This document shows positions 63,932-64,000 of a stretch of DNA of 64,000 nt, in pieces. Origin of the DNA: Bugula neritina. Its lineage: Eukaryota > Animalia > Bryozoa. The number at the start of each line of letters is the position of its first letter. Within the stretch, counting starts at the first letter, position 1. The position numbers and the translations under genes are program-made. The stretch is taken from contig OZ037766.1 of NCBI GenBank assembly GCA_964035545.1, forward strand, positions 29,080,640 to 29,144,639, given 5' to 3'. The notes below the pieces were generated by a model. It worked only from the letters and a program-made list of their open reading frames with translations, made no database searches and was not told where the DNA came from.

Positions 63932-64000
63932 GTGTTCAGCTCACAAAAGCTTAGCAATCTTAAATGTACAAGGGATGTGGAGTCAGGGCCCCAAACTGTC

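Overview
AT-rich, intron-dense animal genomic DNA. It looks like an invertebrate, possibly a lophotrochozoan, but that is inference only. Manual GT-AG exon assembly gives five main genes in alternating orientation. (1) + strand: a ~424-aa protein with a signal peptide, a divergent Eph-receptor ligand-binding domain, a Cys-rich region, a Ser/Thr stalk and a GPI-type C-terminus, but no FN3, cytoplasmic or kinase domain. (2) - strand: TXNDC9/phosducin-like. (3) + strand: a WD40 protein with a PYM/eIF2A-C-like N-terminal helix and a C-terminal CaaX box. (4) - strand: Jupiter/HN1, carrying an array of in-frame cassette exons that each encode an NPxT motif. (5) + strand: a jitterbug-type three-CH-domain filamin that runs off the window end. 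The 10.6-kb filamin intron holds an antisense nested acidic protein gene, a decayed repeat-coding exon and two MITEs. Other repeats are a 5'-truncated LINE, three tRNA-derived SINE copies and many minisatellites. Two cross-locus patterns stand out: AT-rich tracts with A[C/G]T triplets on a 6-bp period just downstream of the inferred start of all five main genes, and minisatellites that sit against, and often copy, splice sites. All gene models were built by hand, without transcript or homology-search support.
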